DNA from: Neodothiora populina
Lineage: Eukaryota
Direction of reading: 5' to 3'
NCBI RefSeq assembly: GCF_041146345.1
Contig: NW_027191406.1
Location: 310,001-374,000 of the forward strand
DNA length: 64,000 nucleotides
The translations under genes were made by a program, and so were the position numbers. Below the pieces are notes generated by a model. It was given only the letters and a program-made list of their open reading frames with translations, had not been told where the DNA came from and searched no databases. Below, piece by piece: positions 50,028 through 64,000 of the stretch; position 1 is the stretch's first letter; every line of letters begins with the position of its first letter.

Positions 50028-52857
50028 CTAAACGATTTGGACATAATTGCCAGAGAACAGGCCCTTCTTTCCTGCATACACTCCCCAATACCAATCGCCG
50101 TTGATATCTTCCACTTCGGTGATGATCGCATGTCGTGGGAATGCCAGCTCGTCCTGCGCCTCCTCGCTTGGAAAATGGCACCAGAGCGCTCTAGTCTTCA
50201 TACCCACTCCGCCATCAGGTGGTATGAGATCCGTAGCGATTTGATGACGAGTAGTTGGGAGCCTGGACGCTGAAGTACCATCTTCTTCCCTCCAGCTCCA
50301 TTCTCCGACCGGCAAGGACGTGTATTTATTTGACCCAAACATTTGAGATTCATCTTCTTTCAGTGCCCAGCCACCAACAAAGTCTTTGACAACCACTCTT
50401 CGTGGTCCCCCTTCTCGATCTTCGAAGCCGACAACACTCATGCGATGTCCGCGTGGGCAGCGTCGCCAACCTTGTGTGCCATCCTGCGGCTTCATCTTGC
50501 CTGAGCGTTCAGCTGCATTATAGCAAGAGGAGCAAATGTCATAGTTCCCACTGTTGCAAACGTGGCAGTGATAGCGGGTATGCGACGGCGGTATAGAGCG
50601 TTGGCAGATGTCGCAGTACACAGCCAGAGTTAAGGTAGTGTACAATGAAGGATCCGGTACATTTGGTAAGTTTGAGGACGACAGCGCTGAAGGGTGAGAG
50701 ACAGCATTGAAGGAAGATTTCGTGGTGTGCAAGGGCAGGGGATGTAAATCATGGTCAGCTGAGTCACCTTGACTAGGAGCGTCAATTGGATGGATGTGTC
50801 GAGTGATGTCCGAGATCCGGCGAAGGCACTGTAAGGGGTGGGTGCAGTGGCATGCCTGTTGTACACAAAGGTTACAGAACCCCCACGCGCCATCATTACA
50901 TGTGTCACAGTGCCAGTAGCAATCATCGGCAAAGGCGAAGCAACCGTCGCAGAACAGGCCTTCTTCCAAAGCACCTGTATCTTCCCGGAATCTTCTGGCT
51001 ATCAAAATGTGAGGTCGTGCATGATCGGCTGACTGTATTCCTGGAGGATGAAGACTTCGATAGCGAGCATGAGCGGCGTAGCCGAAGCCGAACCAGTAAT
51101 TACAGCCCTTGCCAGCACGGTAACATGTCGTGCAAAGATAGTAAGCTCCCGAGGAGCATTGTATACAGCGCCAGTGGAGTTGACGCTGAATGTCGGGCTT
51201 AGCGCAAGCGGAACAGCTCACTGGGCCAGGCTTCACGCTTGCGGTCGCTACGCTGGCAATCAGGGGCGATGGTACAAGCGAGGCAGTAGCTGGTCTATGG
51301 TCTTCACCGGACAACATACTTAATGTTTCAGGGGACAACAGAGCAGGCGAACTGTTGTTGGCGGGATTGCTGCTTGGGCGGATCGGCAGCGAAACGTTGA
51401 ATCGGGATTGACCCGTAAAGATAGAGCTGCGAGCAGTACCGTGCGAGTATGGATACAATTGATCATGTCCTGAGTACGAACGCACCGGAGCCGAGTGATC
51501 TTGATTACGATCATTGAAGGTTTGATGACTAGATCTAGATGCGCCTGCAGCAGAAGTAGACCGGAGATGATTCAGGGGGAGCAGATACGTTTGGTTCGAT
51601 GACGACGATGTCTGGCTGAGATCACGACTATGCTGCTGGTCGGAGGAGTATTGATGCTGTGATCTATGGCGAGGCCGGGAGTGGGAACGGGCTTGCGATT
51701 CAGAGTATAAACTCGATCGAGATTGGTTTCGATGCTCAATATCAGCTAGGGAGCTTTGTCTTGGGCTGCGATTCGTCTGGCTAGAGTTGGTTGAACGATC
51801 GCGCTCTCGCTCATTCTGGCGATCTCTTACGCCCAGATGATCCTGCTCGCGCTCGCGTTGTAGTGTCTGAAAGGCATGAGCTATCCTCTCGGTGATGTGC
51901 TCTTCTTGTTCTGGAGTTAAGTCGTCAAGGTCGATGCCATCCAATAGGCCCTCGTCCATGATTTGATGCATAATCTCCTGCTGCATATCAAGAGAATCAG
52001 GTTCCGAAATGGAAGTCGATGTCGAGGTTGATGCGCTTAGTATTGAGCGCAAACTCGACTGGTGGTCAAGATGGCCCCGATGCCGTCGCCTCTGCCTTAC
52101 ACTACTTGGTTCAATCCGAGGAGGATTAGATCCATGTCGGACTGCACGATGACTGGATGTCGGTGGACCTTGGAGGTTAACATTGAGATGCGCCAGACTT
52201 AACTCACGAACCTCTGCCAACAGACGCTCGTCTTCAGATGCATCCGAGTCAGCATCTGGAACACTAGGCAGAGGTGGAATAACGTTGTCTCCGGGCTTGT
52301 ATGTCTTTTCACTCTGGTCTTTTTCCTCTTGGCTTTTTCCACGCTCTGGGTGCGCCTTCAAGAACATCTCCAGCAAAGTTGTCACCGTAGCATTAGCCTT
52401 GGTATCTCTTACAACAGCCCTACATGCGGGACAAGTATAGTCGCTGCTGGAATGACTAAGACCATCCCTCGCCCGCGCATGCGCCTTTGCCTGAGCCTGC
52501 CACGAGAACCATTCTTTCAAGCAGGAACCACAAAAGGTATGAAGACAGTCAAGAAGCGTTAGAGGCTGGAAGAGAACGTCTGTGCAGATCTACCCAAGGA
52601 CATCAGTTAGGGATCTTACAATACCATCTCTCGTTGGTGAATAGGATTATATCAAATTAGGCAAGCGCCATTGCAGCCAGTCTCCAAATGTACCTGAAGA
52701 CGTGTGATGGGCAAAGGGCTGTCAAAGCGGGTAGCTAGATCGCAAGCCTCATTTGTTATGCGGTAGGAAATCGACAAAGGAAAGACATTAAACGCACAGA
52801 GCATGACAACTCCTTCTCCAAATCGAGCGTGCCATCCTGGTCCTTGACCTCCCCCAT
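50028..52857 (-). CDS. RING-finger, ZZ-type zinc finger and C-terminal SH3 domain protein
   Basis: LEKELSCS|ICTDVLFQPLTLLDCLHTFCGSC...CPACR. Three ZZ-like Cys clusters. SH3 segment DELAFPR...INGDWYWGVY..KKGLFSGNYV. Intron 52797-52590. Confidence 0.85.
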
Positions 52858-54009
52858 CACTACAGTATGATCAGGATCTTATTTACCACAACTCGTCGAT
52901 CATGTTATTGCGCAACATGTCACTTTGGCTTGAAGGGTAGATGGTATCCATACTGAGACACGGGCCTTGTCACGTTGCAAGGCGCCCCACACGTGCGGGG
53001 GAAATCGACCTTCCTAAATCAACGTCGGCCTGACCTATGTGCCTCCACGGATTGTGAGTGTTTCCTTCAATGTTCTCTACGAACAATACTCCTACGCTGA
53101 CGGAGAGGTTTCCCTTACATAATCCTATATTGCGATTCTCAACACATTCCTATGAGGTCTGGAGTCTTGCAGCTTCATTTGATGCTGTCATAATAATCAT
53201 TGTCATCGTCCCATCTAGCTTACCACAAGTGGTACGATGTTAGACCATAGGTAATTGTAGCGAGGTGTTTCTTGTCAAATGTACCTCTGTCCCGCGTCGT
53301 GGAAATATCCGCACAATAATTATGCTTGCAATACCTCCAACCGATGACCGCTCACCTGCCCTTCTGAGTCTTAGCTGGTGGTCTGTGTCGATGAACCATT
53401 GGCGCGTCGATCATTAATCACGTATATCTGCGGTATTACTATATCTTATCGTACCATGCTCGCTTCCATAAGGTATCTGAGATGGTGGTAAGCTTCATAC
53501 TCACCTCCAATTCTCCGAACTTGTGACTAGACAGTCACTCCAAGTACAACCGTCTTGGTATATGTCAGATCTGTCTACCATTGATAGGTCTTTAGATCAT
53601 CTTGGGATCCTATTCCTACCCCTTTGCGCGTTTCTCATCTTGGCAGAGTAAGGCCGGCCTTTACTGCCCTCTGCAAACGCCCGGACATCTGTCTCTCTCT
53701 CATTAATGCATGGATCATCTGCTCAACAACCCCGTAGCCGAGATTTCTTTAGCCCGCTGCTCGCATGCCAGTATCGACCACTAAAGTGCCTACTCTCCCG
53801 CTTAATTGTGTATTAGGCTGCTAGGCACAACTTTGTTCTATACCCATGTAATAAAGATGCACTTTCTCGAGAAAGCTCGAGCCGGCAACCCGTCCTCAGC
53901 CTGTGCTGTATAAGAGGAGACCTCGTCCAGTCATCACGACTTCTCACGTCTCGTTCCACACAATCGTCACACCAGCCTTAAGCCTTTCGTTCACCTATTC
54001 TTCCCTGCC

Positions 54010-55703
54010 ATGGCTCCCTTCTTGAGCTCTCTCCCGCTTCTTGGAAGTGCTTACCTCCTCCACTTCGCCACTAAGGCTGGTGCGGCGGCCATCGATACAC
54101 GTGCCGCCCTGTCTCCTTATGCTCCTATACCTGTTTCATGTCCCAGTACTCCCCTAGTCCGCTCTGCCGACGCTGTTGGCTCATCCGAGTCGGCCTATGT
54201 CAAGCAACGCAAGGCTAAAGCGGACGTCTCCCTTGCCAAATGGCTGAGCGACACGAATGCTGCCTTCCCTACAAGCACACTTCCAACTCTCGCGCTTACC
54301 CTGAGTGGTGGTGGCTTGCGTGCTCTTCTCACTGGCGCTGGAGTCCTTCAGGCATTTGACTCGCGCGATAGCACTGCCGGGACTGCTGGCCTCTTTCAAT
54401 CTTCTACCTATCAAGGCGCTCTCTCAGGCGGTGCATGGCTGACGTCTTCTCTGGCGGGAAACAATTGGCCTACCATTTCTTCTCTTCAGAGTAGTCTCTG
54501 GGAAAGGACTTTTGCAGACTCTTTGCTGGATCCTGCGAATCTGCTTGTTGCCGTTGCTTACGCAGAAATTGTCAATGATATCGTCAGTAAGGCCAAGGCT
54601 GGCTACGAACCCACTCTCATAGATGTGTACGGAAGACTCTTGGGTTATCAACTGCTCAAGGGCGCCGATGGTGGTGTTGCTACTACTCTCTCCGATGTGA
54701 CCGGCTTCTCCAACTTTACTAGCCACAATGTAAGTTTGCCACACTGAAACCTTTTTACATCTTCTCATGTGTGTTTAAGGTCCCATATCCCATCATCACT
54801 TCTCGTGGCCTTCTTCAAGGCCAATGCACAGTGGTGCCAGAGGCGACTCAATATGAATTTACTCCCTACGAATTTGGTTCTTGGGACTCAGGAGTACATG
54901 CCTTTGTCGAGACCGCCTACCTGGGCTCAAGTCTTTCTAATGGATTACCTACCGCGGCGGGAGTGTGCATTAGCAATTACGACAATCTGGGCTACATCGC
55001 TGGAACCAGCTCTGATGTTTTCAACTCCCTCTGTGACATTATCCCTCCTATCAACAGCACCACTAACCTTACCACCACATTGGAAGCCATTGTTGCAGAT
55101 GTGCATGACGCCGTAGAGCGCGATCTCTACGCAGTCTACCCAAACCCCTTCTACAAATACTCGACTTCTTCGTTGGTCGAAGCACAGGAGGAACTGCACC
55201 TCGTAGACGGCGGAGAAGGCTTGCAAAACATGCCCATCTGGCCGTTCATCCAAGATGCACGCAAGATCGACGTTCTCATAATCAGCGACAGCTCGGCCGA
55301 CTCCAACAGCAACTATCCCAACGGCACAGAGATCCGCACTACATACGAACAAGCACAGTCCCAGGGCCTCACGAGAATGCCTTTCATCCCGGACGTGGAC
55401 ACTTTCGTCTCCGCAGGTCTCAACAAGAGAGCCACCTTCTTCGGCTGCGACAACGACGACGTCGTCACCATCATCTACTTGCCCAACAACGACTACAGCT
55501 ACGCCAGCAACACGAGCACTTTTATGATCCAGTACACGCCGACGGAGACACGCGATATGATTGCCAACGGCAATCTTGTTGCTACTCAGAACGGAGATGC
55601 GGATTGGCCAACTTGTGTGGGATGCGCGATCATGAAGAAGACTGGCGAGGCTCTGCCTAGCGCTTGCACCGCTTGCTTCGACACTTACTGTTATGCTGCC
55701 TGA
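54010..55703 (+). CDS. Secreted lysophospholipase / phospholipase B (PLA2_B family)
   Basis: Signal peptide, SGGGLRA, GALSGGAW, YEFTPYEFGSWD and LVDGGE. Intron 54730-54779. No GPI tail is evident. Confidence 0.92.
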
Positions 55704-56160
55704 TTGGGCATCTCAGATCGAGATGATGAAACCTTCACTTGGCAGGATACTATAGTTATCCGTTAATGTCTACTCAAAAAATAATGTTCTCTGCACTTAC
55801 GAAGTCAAACCGAAGTAGAAGTGTCGTGATGACCTGTATTTGATGATTGCCTGAAGGAGATTACCATTTGTTATGCGTTTCGGGATCACGATAAATGCAA
55901 TAGACTGATGATGGACTGGAATGAGATTCTACATCTTATAATCATACCGTACCTAAGGTAGTGGGCGAGGTCATATTGTGGGCCATAGCGGCGGCACTTT
56001 GACTCGTTCTGGTATCACGCGAAGCCTGCTTGATCGATAGCGCGACGCGCTTCGCGTCTTTCTCTCTTCCGAAGCTCAGCTATTTATCTCTCCACTATCA
56101 GATTCTATCATCACAGAGTGCAAAGAGCGTCGTTACATTCAGCCTCTTCATAGTCTCGCC

Positions 56161-57785
56161 ATGTCGGACAGATCCGAAAGTCCAGAAGGGAGCGACGTAT
56201 CTGATATCAGCGAAACACTGCAGAATCAGGTTGATGATTGTATGTTCGCTCCAGACCTTCAACACTGTCAACACCGGACTGCAGCTGACCATTCCCAGGG
56301 TCTAGTAATACCACCGATGCCTGCAACATAATATTTTTCAGAGGCAAGAACGAGCTTGCGCGCTTCAGTCCAGCATGCACATATCCAATCTTTGGAGAAG
56401 AAGAGGCGGTATTCGGCTACAAAGGGCTTGACATCTCGCTGTCCTTCGCTTCACACAATCTCAAGCCGCATGTGAGCATCTCTTGGGACGAGAAATGGGA
56501 AGACCGAGGAGAGATCAAGGCGTCAGATGTTCGAGCAGCGCTGGCGGATTTCCTACCAGAATCTGCATTCGAAGATGAATCGCTTCCCACAGATCTTTCT
56601 GAGAGCGAGGCCGCTGAGTTCTCGCCGCCTGGTGTGCGGATCGAACCTTACAGCATTGGCGGGCGAAATTATGAGATCTGGTGCGCTAGATTGGTCGACC
56701 CCTTGGCCAGAGAGATGATGGAAAATGCGCAAGTGCTTGTACCCCTGTTCATCGAAGGCGGCACCGAGTTACAAATGGACCACGACTGGATCAACGAGCG
56801 ATGGAAGATCTTCTTTCTGTACGAAATCTGCGATAAAAGTCCGGGCACATCGCCTTACTCCATGGTTGGATTCGCAACCTCATACCAAGCCTTTTCTTTA
56901 CCCGATCGATCTAGTCCAGCTGCCGGCTTGGTAAACCTGCTTGAAAGCGAAGGTCCCGACTCGATCCTCGATCTCTGGTCTCCCGAAGACACAGAAGCAA
57001 AAATGCGTGCGAGCCGAAGCTCCACCCTTGACCTTCCGAGCAGGGAGCGTATCTCACAGTTCATCATCCTGCCTCCTTACCAAGGATCTGGGCACGGGCC
57101 ACAGCTTTACAACAAGATGTACACATTCCTGATTGCTCGGAACAATGTATTCGAGTTGACGGTAGAAGACCCCAACGAGGCCTTTGACGATATGCGTGAC
57201 GCTTGCGATCTGGTCTACCTGCGCGACAGCGAACCCGATTTTGATCTTTTGACAATCAACGTCGATGTTGAAACAGCAAAACTAAAGCCAAACGCAAGCA
57301 TTCCAGTTGACGACATTGTTGATGGAAGTACGAAGAAATTTATCAGAACTCATTACAAGATCGTGCCCAGACAGTCTGCGCGTCTGGTCGAGATGCAGAC
57401 CCTCTCAAAAATCCCTACGTTCAATAGAAACCCGGCCCGCATAACAAAGAAGGAGAAGAGCAGCAACAAGCAGGACAGAGCATACTACTTCTGGCGCTTA
57501 TATGTCAAACAACGTCTGTACGAGACTCACAGAGACACTCTAATGGAGCTTGATCATGAGGACCGCATCAAAAAGCTTGAAGACACCGTCAATACTGTCC
57601 AAGCTGACTACGAACGACTCCTTGCACTGGCGGAAAAACGTGCAAACCATGCGACGAAGGTCCAACTTCCAGTCTTGGGCGCAGCGAGAAAGGAGAGGAA
57701 GAGGAAGGTCATCGTACTCGATGAGAGCGACGATGATTCGGCCGGAGTAGTGGTTGTCAAAAAGGGCAAAACTGAGCTGAAGTAA
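56161..57785 (+). CDS. HAT1: Histone acetyltransferase type B catalytic subunit
   Basis: TYPIFGEEEAVFGYKGL, LFIEGG, RISQFIILPPYQGSGHG and TVEDPNEAFDDMRD. Intron 56240-56298. Confidence 0.93.
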
Positions 57786-59119
57786 TGTGGCCGGTGGCGC
57801 TCGGTGCGGAGACTTGTCCTGGTCAGTCGTGCCACTATTGTTATGGTGTACACGCACAGACTTTTGGAGAGGGCATCGCACCATATCGTCAAAAACAGAT
57901 ATGTGACAGATAGATGACGGCTTTGCGCATGATACCAGATGAAAGAAGGAATGATCGAGTAATACAAATACCCATACACAATATCGATGGTCAGGTGCTC
58001 GCGTCCGCAAACGTTACTGTGGTCTCACAGGTTCTGCACAGTATGAAGAGCAACACCTGAGCTGTGTGGCATGGGATATGCGCTGCGCCCCACTACTTCC
58101 CCATACAGCGGTTGCATGGGGTCACGGGTAAGAAGCGACGGATTCACATTCACGCATTGAACAGCTGCGTACCTAGTTGTGAGATTTCGAGGTTGCAACT
58201 GATCTGACATCACATTCACGTGCGGTACACGCTACTATATATTACTCCGGCAAGACGATTTACAGCATCGGGCCATTGCATCGTGTCAAGCCTTGACCTT
58301 GTTCGAACAGGACGGCAGCCGATCTGCGGTGCCAGTCTTCGAAGACTTATCAACCGTTCATCAGGAAGTCTCCGACTATTCGATTATTGAATACAGTCAT
58401 TAACAATTTATTGGGAGGTCATTGACTACGAACGAGCTCCCTTTGCACTAAACTACTGCAAGGAAGTGACGCATGAGAGGAGCGCATCCCACACAAGGCC
58501 ACGGTCGTTGGGCTAGAGGCTAGGTGTGCTCGTCCATATTGCGATCACAATACAAGTATCGCAAATTGGGCAAACGACACGGCTCTTCGGCACCGACATT
58601 TGTTCCTATGACCTGCTGGATACAATCCCCATGCCTTGTTATTGTAATTACACTTCTTCTCATCCATGTACTCCGCAGGAGTAGCAATTGTCATCTGATA
58701 GCCGGTATGACGACAAGGCACCGAGGACAGCGTTAGCATCAACCAGTACATCTCGCTCAAAGATGGATCAGATCCTGATTTCCACGGTTATTGAGGCTCT
58801 TATCCAAGTGGAAGATCCTCGATCTTTTGACCGCTGGGTAAATCTCATGGGTAAATTGGAAGGTGTGATGCACACACACTCGACTACATGACCCCAACTC
58901 CATCCCCCGCAATACTCCGCACTGCTTGCAGGAGGGTCATGTACCTACCCTGCCGGTACAGTGAACGGTATGATAAATGACATGGTTCGATATGAATGTG
59001 TGTTCCGCGATGGTACAAGTGAAGTCTATATAGGGGGCGAAAGCCTCCACTGAAGTAATGATGGCATATAGTGATCTCCTCTGAGTTGTAGATCACTTCG
59101 ATTCTGCATATACCTCAAT

Positions 59120-61121
59120 ATGCAAATCTCCTACGCTGCTCTATTCCTGCTCTCTTCGACCGCGGTTGCCATCCCGTCATGGAGCCGACTTCGTACGAGA
59201 GCACCAAATGGCTCTCCAGTAGTCTCTCTCCAGAACGGATCATACTACGGTCTGCACAACTCAAACTATAATCAAGATTTCTTTCTAGGCATTCCTTTTG
59301 CACAGCCACCTCTCGAAAACCTCCGGTTCGCCAACCCGAAGCCGTTGGAAAGGACCTGGTACGGTGCTCTGCCGGCCACCGAATACGCTTTCGTGAGATA
59401 TGTTCCCCAGTGTGAGGAGGTCTGAATCTCACAGTTGTTTAGGAATGTATAGGCTACGGCGGAGACCAGATTGGCTACCAACAGAGCGAAGATTGCCTCT
59501 ATCTGAATTTAGTACGTCCGGCTGGCTACGAGAACGCAACCCTCCCAGTAGCAGTTTGGATACATGGCGGTGGCTTCTTCGAAGGTGGTACCCCAGATCG
59601 CCGCTATAATCTCACATTCATTGTGGAGAACTCTGTGAAAATTGGCAAGCCTATCATGGCTGCGAGCATTGCCTACCGCTTGGGACCATTCGGCTTCTTG
59701 AATGGCAACGAGATCAACAGCACTGGACTCGCAAATATCGGCTTGAAAGATCAGCGCTTGGCCCTGCATTGGATTCAAGAGAACATTGCTTCATTCGGCG
59801 GCGATGCATTTCAGGTGACGATCTGGGGAGAGTCGGCCGGTGCTGAGTCTGTGGGATTTCATCTTGTTGCATACAATGGCCGCGATGATAAGTTGTTCCG
59901 TGGTGCGATCATGGAGTCTGGATCCTCCATCTCCAGTGGCGGTCTCAGAGGTAGCGACGTATGTCCTTTGGTCGCCACTATTCTTTGCAGGTATCAAGCT
60001 GACCTGTCGAAGTTCTACCAACCCAGATATGACTCTTTGGTCAAGACGACAGGCTGCAGCAACGACTCGGACAGTCTAGACTGCCTCAGGAAAGTGCCGT
60101 TCACTGTACTGAACAACGCCTTGAACACGACAGAGGTATGTCCTTGACCAGGGATTCTCAGTACAATGCTAACGTCAGTAGTTCAACAGCGGCTGGAAGC
60201 CTACTATAGATGGAGACATCATAGCCAAGCACACAAGCATACAAATTGCTGACGGCGAGTTCGTGCATGTTCCTATCATCATTGGAGCCAACACGGATGA
60301 AGGTACTGCCTTCGCTCCGAAAGGGGTGAACACTTCGGCTGAATTGAGATCCACCATGGAGCGTATGTTTGCCTCGTAGACATTCCTGGGGCATATACTG
60401 ATGAACTGTAGTCACAACTGCGGGGAATTACCCGGAATTGATAGACGAACTCATGGACATCTACACAAGGGATGACCCAGAGTACTCGATTCCAAGTTCG
60501 GAAAGCCTGGGAGGGAACGTTACACTGTTGGATCCTTATGGCGCATACTATCGACATGCCGCAGCATACTATGGCGATTATGTTTTTATTGCAAGCCGCC
60601 GGAGGACTTGCCAAACATGGGCAGCTGCGGATCTGCGTGCATACTGCTACCGATTTAACGTGATCCCCAGTGGCAGTGACTGGCCGTATCAAGCAACCCA
60701 CTTTACAGAAGTGTAAGTCATTTTGTTCCAGGCCTGGTGTGAATACACACTGACAGAACATAGAGCATTTGTGTTCAACAATGTCGACGGCACGTAGGGA
60801 AAGACATTGTGTCGACCAGAATAAAGTACTGATCAGTTGGCAGGACTCGGCTACTCGGTGAACCCATTTGCCAACAAGAGCTCAACCTACACAGACCTGA
60901 GCGAATACATGTCCAACTCATGGGCGAGCTTTGTTCACGACCTCAACCCCAACGTATGGCAAGGTCGCAATGAAAGTATTCCTGCTTGGCCCAGCTACGA
61001 CACCACAAATCCTCAAAACATGGTCTGGGATGTCAATGTCACGAGCCATGTCGAATCGGACACCTTCCGTGCGGACGGTATCAAGCTCATTGCTGATAGC
61101 ACCGCTCAATTCGGGCAGTAA
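59120..61121 (+). CDS. Secreted type-B carboxylesterase / lipase
   Basis: Signal peptide, SEDCLYLN, WIHGGG, GESAG, TDEG and ATHF. Introns 59393-59442, 59959-60012, 60136-60181, 60363-60411, 60713-60763 and 60790-60843 (GC-AG). Confidence 0.9.
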
Positions 61122-61605
61122 GACCAAGAATATGGCTTTGAAGGGGGGGTGTCATACACGCACTATGTCTTGACGACCAGAAAATACCGATTCAGCTGTA
61201 AGATTGAGGAGATATATGAATTCCAAAGTACACAATGATTGTAAATCATTTATTGTAGCTTCCGATGGTGACTGGTGATGATTGTGAACAGCGATGGCGA
61301 GCAGCCATGGAGTAGATTAGCGAGCCATGTCTCCTCATGTGATCCTGTTCACCTTCCGATAGCCATGAAGTACCTCCCTGTCCGATGTCCTCACTAATCT
61401 CGAGTATTGCGTGCTGGTGCGTGGCGTTACCATGGAAGTGAAGTGAGCATCGGATATAACATAATCAGCTCGAGTAGATGCATAATTAGCAGAGGCTCGG
61501 CAGGGTGAAATGAGTGATTAGATAAGGGCCGCGGGCAATCGTCATTGGATCTCTTGGCGCAGATTGTCCCGCTCAAATTATTATGTCCGTAAACCAAAGT
61601 CAACT

Positions 61606-61612
61606 TGACTCA
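61606..61612 (+). promoter_or_regulatory. Gcn4/CpcA recognition element TGACTCA
   Basis: Exact consensus about 80 nt upstream of the MET2 ATG; MET2 is an amino-acid biosynthetic gene. Confidence 0.55.
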
Positions 61613-61689
61613 CAACCTCTGTACAATAACTTGCTTACGATACAAAAAGCAGTTGTTTCTTCTGACCGATTCCTAGGCTTGTAGAAAAC

Positions 61690-63467
<1,778 letters not shown>

Positions 63468-63854
63468 TTTGATGTTGTCATGCCAGTAGAGGGGTAAGAC
63501 ATGAAATACGAACGAGAGACAGGGGGGAAACCCGAAAGAGATGATAATACCATATTTGTGACATACTGGGAAGAGGAACGAAATGTCTTCTATAACACCC
63601 GCGCTGGCGAATAAAGCCCGCGGATCAGTTTTGACCCGATCAAGCTTGTCTTTCTAACATCGTGACTTCGCACATGACCATACCTCGGAAGAGGCAAGTA
63701 TCTTGACACGAGTCAGCAAAGGTCGAATGTGTATATGAGAAAGAGGTTGAGCAACGAAAAGAGACCAGCCCCGGAGCTGGGGATTTGCTAAATAGACTAG
63801 TGGTAGTGGTGGCAGTAGTGGTGATGGCAGTAATAGACAGTCAGTCAGTGGTAA

Positions 63855-63855
<1 letters not shown>

Positions 63856-63885
<30 letters not shown>
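63856..63885. repeat. (AGT)n microsatellite
   Basis: About 10 perfect units. Confidence 0.95.
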
Positions 63886-63906
63886 CCACTTCTCTCTTCC
63901 TCTTCA

Positions 63907-63908
<2 letters not shown>

Positions 63909-63957
<49 letters not shown>
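63909..63957. repeat. (TC)n microsatellite
   Basis: About 24 perfect units. Confidence 0.95.
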
Positions 63958-63959
<2 letters not shown>

Positions 63960-64000
63960 CTCTCCATCTCATCAGAACGTCGTCTGCGCCAAACGACTAG

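Noticed and set aside
52590..52797. Cryptic 25-nt poison exon or stwintron inside the 208-nt intron (internal CAG...CAG|GTACAT)
   Set aside because: No convincing branch point before the internal acceptor.

Overview
Gene-dense, intron-containing window from a filamentous ascomycete (Pezizomycotina, probably a Dothideomycete). This assignment is inferred from the short GT-AG introns with CTRAC-type branch points and from the gene content. Twenty protein-coding genes can be modelled: RING-finger protein, FHIP/RAI16-like protein, Est1/SMG6-like protein, PKA catalytic subunit, Bor1-type anion transporter, GST, DUF3445 protein, PDCD5, Sec2, mitoribosomal mL46, CRIPT, Drs2 flippase, a 1226-aa unknown protein, BolA, a CBM21 PP1-targeting subunit, a RING-ZZ-SH3 protein, lysophospholipase, Hat1, a secreted lipase and Met2. 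No tRNA, rRNA, CRISPR array or intact transposon was recognised. The signals the gene models do not explain are mostly non-coding. They are four candidate structured RNAs found by hand base-pairing (1-500, PDCD5 intron 2, 24.9-25.2 kb and 28.2-28.5 kb; two have H/ACA-like boxes), a structured BolA intron, an apparent frameshift at the start of DRS2, a GC-AG intron, a triple CCTCGG array and a recurrent TACAGTA motif. All protein assignments come from recognising motifs by eye; no searches or folding programs were run.
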